A program made the position numbers and the translations under genes. A DNA stretch of 64,000 nt from Pristiophorus japonicus (taxonomy: Eukaryota), in the NCBI RefSeq assembly GCF_044704955.1, contig NC_091996.1, positions 97,960,001 through 98,024,000 of the forward strand. Reading direction: 5' to 3'. This document shows, in pieces, positions 62,701 to 64,000 of this stretch. The first letter of the stretch is position 1. Each line of letters starts with the position of its first letter. Under the pieces are notes generated by a model. That model worked only from the letters and a program-made list of their open reading frames with translations. It made no database searches and had not been told where the DNA came from.

Positions 62701-64000
62701 AATCCCACTGCCCCACTTTCTCTCCATAGTCCTGTATCAATCCCCAAACTAATCCCACGGCCCCACTCTCTCCCCATAGCCCTGTATCAATCCCAAACTA
62801 ATCCCACTGCACCGCGCTCTCCCCATAGTCCTGTATCAATCCCCAAGCTAATCCCACTGCCCCGCTCTCTCCGCATAGACCTTTATCAATCCCAAACTAA
62901 TCCCACTGCCCCACTCTCTCCCCATAGCCCTGTATCAATCCCAAACTAATCCCACTGCCCCACTCTCTCCCCATAGCCTTGTATCAATCCCCAAAATAAT
63001 CCCACTGCCCCGCTCTCTCCCCATAGCCCTGTATCAATCCCAAACTAATCCCACTACCCCACTCTCTCCCCATAGCCCCGTATCAAGCCCCAAACTAATC
63101 CCACTGCTCCGCTCTCTCCCCATAGCCCTGTATCAATCCCCAAACTAATCCCACTGCCCCGCTCTCTCCCCATAGCCCTGTATCAATCCACAAACTTATC
63201 CCACTGCCGCGCTCTGTCCCCATAGTCCTGTATCAATCCCCAAACTAATCCTACTGCCCCGCTCTCTCCCCATAGTCCTGTATCAATCTCTAAACTAATC
63301 CCACTGCCCCGCTCTCTCCCCATAGCCCTGTATCAATCCCCAAACTAATCCCACTGCCCCACACTCTCCCGATAGCCCTGTATCAATCCCCAAACTAATC
63401 CCACTGCCCCGCACTCTCCCCATAGCCCTGTATCAATCCCAAACTAATCCCACTGCCCCGCTCTCTCCCCATAGTCCTGTATCAATCCCCAAACTAATCC
63501 CACTGCCCCACTCTCTCCCCATAGCCCTGCATCAATCCGAAACTAATCCCACTGCACCGCTCTCTCCCCATAGTCCTGTTTCAATTCCCAAACTAATCCC
63601 ACTGCCCCGCTCTCCCCATAGCCCTTTATCAATCCCCAAACTAATCCCACTGCCCCGCACTCTTCCCATAGCACTGTATCAATCCCCAAACTAATCCCAC
63701 TGCCCCGCTCTCTCAGCATAGCCCTGTATCAATCCCAAACTATTCCCACTGCCCCACTCTCTCCCCATAGCCTTGTATCAATCCCCAAACTAACCCCACT
63801 GCCCCGCTTTCTCCCCATAGCCCTGTATCAATCACAAACTAATCTCACTGCCCCACTCTCTCCCCATAGCCCTGTACCAATCCCCAAACTAATCCCACTG
63901 CCCCGCACTCTCCCCATAGCCCTGTATCAATCCCAAACTAATCCCACTGCCCCGCTCTCTCCCCATAGTCCTGTATCAATCCCCAAACTAATCCCACTGC
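29723..64000. repeat. ~50-bp satellite array, ~690 monomers, runs off the window end (aaactaatcccactgccccgctctctccccatagccctgtatcaatcccc)n
   Basis: Continuous head-to-tail 48-50-bp monomers with point variants; I saw no unique insertions. Confidence 0.97.

Noticed and set aside
29723-64000. CRISPR array or telomeric repeat
   Set aside because: No unique spacers, no cas genes, eukaryotic context; no tandem TTAGGG.

Overview
Eukaryotic, repeat-rich vertebrate genomic DNA, most likely from a cartilaginous fish (inferred from SacSINE1-like DeuSINEs and the CR1/L2/RTE LINE mix). Two spliced + strand genes can be read. (1) A complete four-exon LECT2 gene, join(4401..4440,6000..6096,7034..7182,10363..10532), 151 aa. 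It keeps the M23-type Zn motifs HxxxD and HxH but lacks both cysteines of one conserved disulfide. (2) The 5' part of an unnamed immunoglobulin-superfamily gene: leader exon 22496..22553, one germline-joined V-J-type exon 23975..24331 with CD28/CTLA4-like F-G loop spacing, then three tandemly duplicated 51-54 nt stalk micro-exons (26531..26584, 28467..28517, 29404..29457). No transmembrane exon is visible. From ~29723 to the window end is a >34 kb array of a ~50-bp satellite (~690 monomers). Its monomer matches the last codons of a CR1 LINE ORF2 and, on the gene's sense strand, reads as a canonical 3' splice site. Between the genes lie a truncated pentraxin relic, a CpG-rich ~31-bp minisatellite packed with E-box and CRE-like motifs, several retroposon-derived minisatellites, nested LINEs and a ~140-bp inverted-repeat element. 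Almost all long ORFs in the supplied track are repeat artefacts.
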